From assembly GCA_038893355.1 (NCBI GenBank), contig JAWARQ010000001.1, forward strand, positions 256,001-320,000: a stretch of DNA of 64,000 nucleotides. The letters are read 5' to 3'. The position numbers were made by a program, and so were the translations under genes. The notes under the pieces were generated by a model that did not search any database, was not told the DNA's origin, and worked only from the letters and a program-made list of their open reading frames with translations. Origin of the DNA: Sulfolobaceae archaeon. GTDB lineage: Archaea > Thermoproteota > Thermoprotei_A > Sulfolobales > Sulfolobaceae. Each line of letters opens with the position of its first letter. Positions within the stretch are counted from its first letter, which is position 1. This document shows positions 60,795 through 64,000 of this stretch, piece by piece.

Positions 60795-61750
60795 TGGAAG
60801 TTACAAGTATCTTACTTCCTATAATTATTAGTTCCATAGTAACTTTTATAACTACTAAATGGATTATTATCTCAGCTAAATCAAGGGGCTTTGTAGGAAA
60901 GGATATTAATAAGAAGAATAAACCTGAGATACCATCGTTAGGAGGGATAGGGATAGTAGCAGGCTTTGTTGCTGGATGTTTAACCTTATTAGGAATTTTC
61001 AAGGATCAAAGAATAATAGCACCCATCTTATTGACTTCTCTAATTATAGGCTTCTTAGGACTACTAGACGACATTTTTAATATTAGGCAATCCATCAGAG
61101 CTATATTACCTGTATTCGCTTCTGTCCCACTATCAATATATAGTTTAGGCCACTCTACAATAAATATTCCGTTTATTGGCGTTATAGATTTCAGTATTTG
61201 GTATTATATTATATTAGTTCCAGCATCAGTAACAATAGCCTCAAATGCGTTTAACATGCTTGAAGGTTTAAATGGGTTAGGTGCAGGTTTAGGAGTAATA
61301 ATGGCTTTAGCATTTGCAATAATAGGCCTAAACTCGAAGGGAGCTACATATTTAGCAGGAATAATAAGTTTAATATTAATATCAACTTTAATAACATTTT
61401 TATATTTTAATTTTTACCCAGCGAAAATATTTCCTGGGAATATAGGAACTTATTTCATTGGCGCAGTAATTGGTGCAATAGGTATTGCAGGCTTTATGTT
61501 AACCGCTCTTGCAATTTTGTATATTCCCTATGTAATCGAGTTTGTTTTAAAGGCACGAACTAGATTTAAGGGTATATCTTTCGGCGATCCTGACGAAAAC
61601 GGGATTTTACATTGGAACTCATTTCCTAACTCACTTACTCATGTAATAATGAAACTAGGTAAATTTAAGGAATATGAGATTGTTATAATTTTATGGCTAA
61701 TTGAGTCAGCCTTTGCAGTATTAGCTATATTCCTTCAGAGAGTTACATGA
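60794..61750 (+). CDS. aglH: UDP-GlcNAc:dolichyl-phosphate GlcNAc-1-P transferase (MraY/GPT family)
   Basis: GKDINK, LGG, GLLDD, NAFNMLEGLNG and FNFYPAKIFPGN motifs; polytopic membrane protein. Confidence 0.85.
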
Positions 61751-61773
61751 GGAAATTTGAGTTTAGTCCAAAA

Positions 61774-61849
<76 letters not shown>

Positions 61850-61898
61850 ATTATCAAATAAAAGTTTACCTTAAATATAAATCTTACTAGGTGAAGAT

Positions 61899-62105
61899 AT
61901 GAAGGTTAAGGTTAAATTAATTCGAGAAAGAACGGAAAAAGTAATTGAGCTACCAGATAACTCTACGGTTAAGGATGCTTTAAGAAAACTAGGTTACTCA
62001 ACACAAAGTGTTGTTGTAGTTAAGGATGGTTCTCCAATTGTAGAAGAAGAGAAGTTAAGGGATAATGATGAGATTGTAGTCTATTTAATAGCTTCTGGAG
62101 GTTAA
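61899..62105 (+). CDS. Ubiquitin-like sulfur carrier (ThiS/MoaD/TtuB-like)
   Basis: 68-aa beta-grasp pattern ending ASGG; GGTGA SD upstream. Confidence 0.9.
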   Translation: MKVKVKLIRERTEKVIELPDNSTVKDALRKLGYSTQSVVVVKDGSPIVEEEKLRDNDEIVVYLIASGG

Positions 62106-62142
62106 ACTAGATTTATGAATATGTGTTACAAGATAAATATTT

Positions 62143-63099
62143 GTGAGATGTAGTAAGTGCCAAAATAAGGCTATAATATCTATAAAATATGCAGGGCTAT
62201 ATTTATGCAAGGAACATCTTAATGAATGGTTAGAGTCCAGAGTTCAAAGGACAATAGAGAAGTATAAGATGATATCTAAAAATGATGTTGTAGCAGTTGC
62301 TGTTTCTGGTGGAAAGGATAGTACTACACTACTTCATGTATTACATAAACTTTCTAATAAGATGGGGTTTGAGATTATTGGACTTAACATTGATTTGGGG
62401 ATTGATGGTGGGTACGAATATTCTAAAAAGAGTACTGAGATTGCCAGAAAAAATTTTGAAATGCTTGGTATTAAATATAGAATAATAAGGCTAAAAGAAG
62501 AATTCGGTTTCGGTATTGATGATACTAAGAACAAAACAAGCAGACCAGTATGCAGTACTTGTGGAATAGTAAAGAGGTATCTATTAAATAGATTCGCAAA
62601 AGAGATGGGTGCTAATGTTTTAGCTACGGGACACAATTTAAATGATATAGCACAATTTATACTTGCAGGCTACGTTAATGGTGATGTAAATAACCTTTCT
62701 AAACTTAGCCCAGTGTTACCAGCAGAATTTGGTTTCATTAAGAAAATTAAACCGCTTTTTCTAATCCCTGAAAAGGAAATAATGACTTATGCTATATCTA
62801 ATAATATACAATTTGTATATGACTCATGTCCTCACACTTTTAGAAGAATAGGTGGTGTAATGCAGACTTCAATTAGGAGAAGTTTAGAGGAATTAGAAGA
62901 AAGGGTTCCTGGCATTATGCTAAGATTAGTTGAAAATTTCGAGGAAAAGATTAGGCCGTTATTAGAGATCAGAACTGAAAAAGAAGAATTAAACTTCTGT
63001 AAAGAATGTGGTATGCCCACTTCAAAGGGCAGAGAATTATGTTCATTCTGTGCAATTAGGTCAAAGTTGACTAAACAGTCTTTAACCCATGTCCAGTGA
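62143..63099 (+). CDS. ttuA: tRNA 2-thiolation enzyme (TtuA/NcsA family)
   Basis: N- and C-terminal Zn fingers, PP-loop SGGKDS, CSTC, TGHN..D and CP motifs. Confidence 0.85.
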   Translation: MRCSKCQNKAIISIKYAGLYLCKEHLNEWLESRVQRTIEKYKMISKNDVVAVAVSGGKDSTTLLHVLHKLSNKMGFEIIGLNIDLGIDGGYEYSKKSTEIARKNFEMLGIKYRIIRLKEEFGFGIDDTKNKTSRPVCSTCGIVKRYLLNRFAKEMGANVLATGHNLNDIAQFILAGYVNGDVNNLSKLSPVLPAEFGFIKKIKPLFLIPEKEIMTYAISNNIQFVYDSCPHTFRRIGGVMQTSIRRSLEELEERVPGIMLRLVENFEEKIRPLLEIRTEKEELNFCKECGMPTSKGRELCSFCAIRSKLTKQSLTHVQ

Positions 63100-64000
63100 G
63101 TATTAGTACTGATAATAAGTCGTTATTCTCACCATTAGAATTATACTTTTCATACGCTGCATATACAGTAGCAGAGCTATATTCTACAAAGAAACCGCTT
63201 TTAGCTAACTTCGAATGTGCATCAATTATCTCCCTCTCATCGACTATTACACAATCTCCGTTCTCCTTCAAAACCTTAATCATTTCATCAATTAGGATTG
63301 GGTTAGTGGAAATTAATGCATCAGCGACTGAGCTAACTTGAGCTGGTGGAGTGTAAGGAATTCCCTTAAGTTTTGAGCATACTGGCATTACTTGGCTAGT
63401 TTGAACTGCAATAATTTTCGGCATTTTTTCTATAATTCCCGAAATTAAAAGATGTCTAAATCCTTCGTAGACCCCTAAGAGTAAAGTTCCAGCTGAGACT
63501 GGTAAGAATATAAGGTCAGGAGATTTCCAACCTAAATCTCTTGAAATTTCATATGATAATGTCCTTATTCCATCTCTAAATTCTGGATTAAGGACATGAG
63601 AGGCATAATAAACCCCAGCTTTCTCTGCATTAATTGCCACATCCTCTCTACTTCCCTTTACTCTTATAACCTTCGCCCCATAAGCTTCAATTTGTCTAAG
63701 CTTATTGCCTTTTGCAGTTTCTGGTACGTATATTAGTGCCTCAATTCCAGCTCTGGCTGCATATGCTGCAATTGCAGCTCCAGCATTTCCAGAAGAATCT
63801 TCGCTTATTTTCTTTATTCCTTTTTGCTTTAAATAGGAAATTAAAGTTACTGCACCTCTATCTTTATATGATCCAGTAGGATTTAAATAATCTAATTTAA
63901 AATATAAATTTTTACTTATTTTAATTAATGGTGTATTCCATTCCCCTAATGTAATCCATTCTCTTATATATGGAAAATTTTCTCTTATATTTTCCTTTTT
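63071..64000 (-). CDS. Threonine synthase-like PLP enzyme (5' end beyond window)
   Basis: The frame is open to the window edge: [36 protein letters not shown] and LTGHGLK. Confidence 0.9.
   Translation of the reverse strand, partial: KKENIRENFPYIREWITLGEWNTPLIKISKNLYFKLDYLNPTGSYKDRGAVTLISYLKQKGIKKISEDSSGNAGAAIAAYAARAGIEALIYVPETAKGNKLRQIEAYGAKVIRVKGSREDVAINAEKAGVYYASHVLNPEFRDGIRTLSYEISRDLGWKSPDLIFLPVSAGTLLLGVYEGFRHLLISGIIEKMPKIIAVQTSQVMPVCSKLKGIPYTPPAQVSSVADALISTNPILIDEMIKVLKENGDCVIVDEREIIDAHSKLAKSGFFVEYSSATVYAAYEKYNSNGENNDLLSVLILTGHGLKTV

Overview
AT-rich, gene-dense core chromosome segment from a crenarchaeon, most likely Sulfolobales. The evidence is an unlinked 5S rRNA, an ArgX-type arginine cluster, a divergent pyr cluster, tandem purF genes, an archaeal ribosomal/RNAP operon and isoprenoid-lipid genes. 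Gene order: serS 3' end; radical SAM/TFS-paralogue/Lrp/MarC; pyrD-C-K-I-B <> pyrE-F plus a JAB-like orphan; phoU; a degenerate ESCRT-III (CdvB3-like) gene; taw3, queE, NOG1, trbp; purC-S-Q-L-F-F2-D-M; two DNA-binding proteins (one a 52-aa RHH protein missing from the ORF track); argG-H-carA-B-argX; translin; a variable islet with a membrane-anchored double AAA ATPase and a ferritin-like/encapsulin fusion; dnaG-tyrS; rps13 to rps2, MEMO1 and a GHMP-like relic; pheS/T, map, DUF1512; 5S rRNA; HD hydrolase; fni-gds-aglH; tRNA-Pro(UGG); ubiquitin-like protein plus ttuA; thrC-like gene (truncated by the window). I see no CRISPR array, IS element, provirus or recognisable defence system, and I cannot claim a wholly new multi-gene system. 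The best leads are the EncFtn-encapsulin nanocompartment islet, the JAB-fold gene in the pyrEF operon, and the unannotated RHH/HTH-ZnF regulator pair with candidate operators at the pur and arg promoters. All family calls rest on motif recognition by eye, without database searches.
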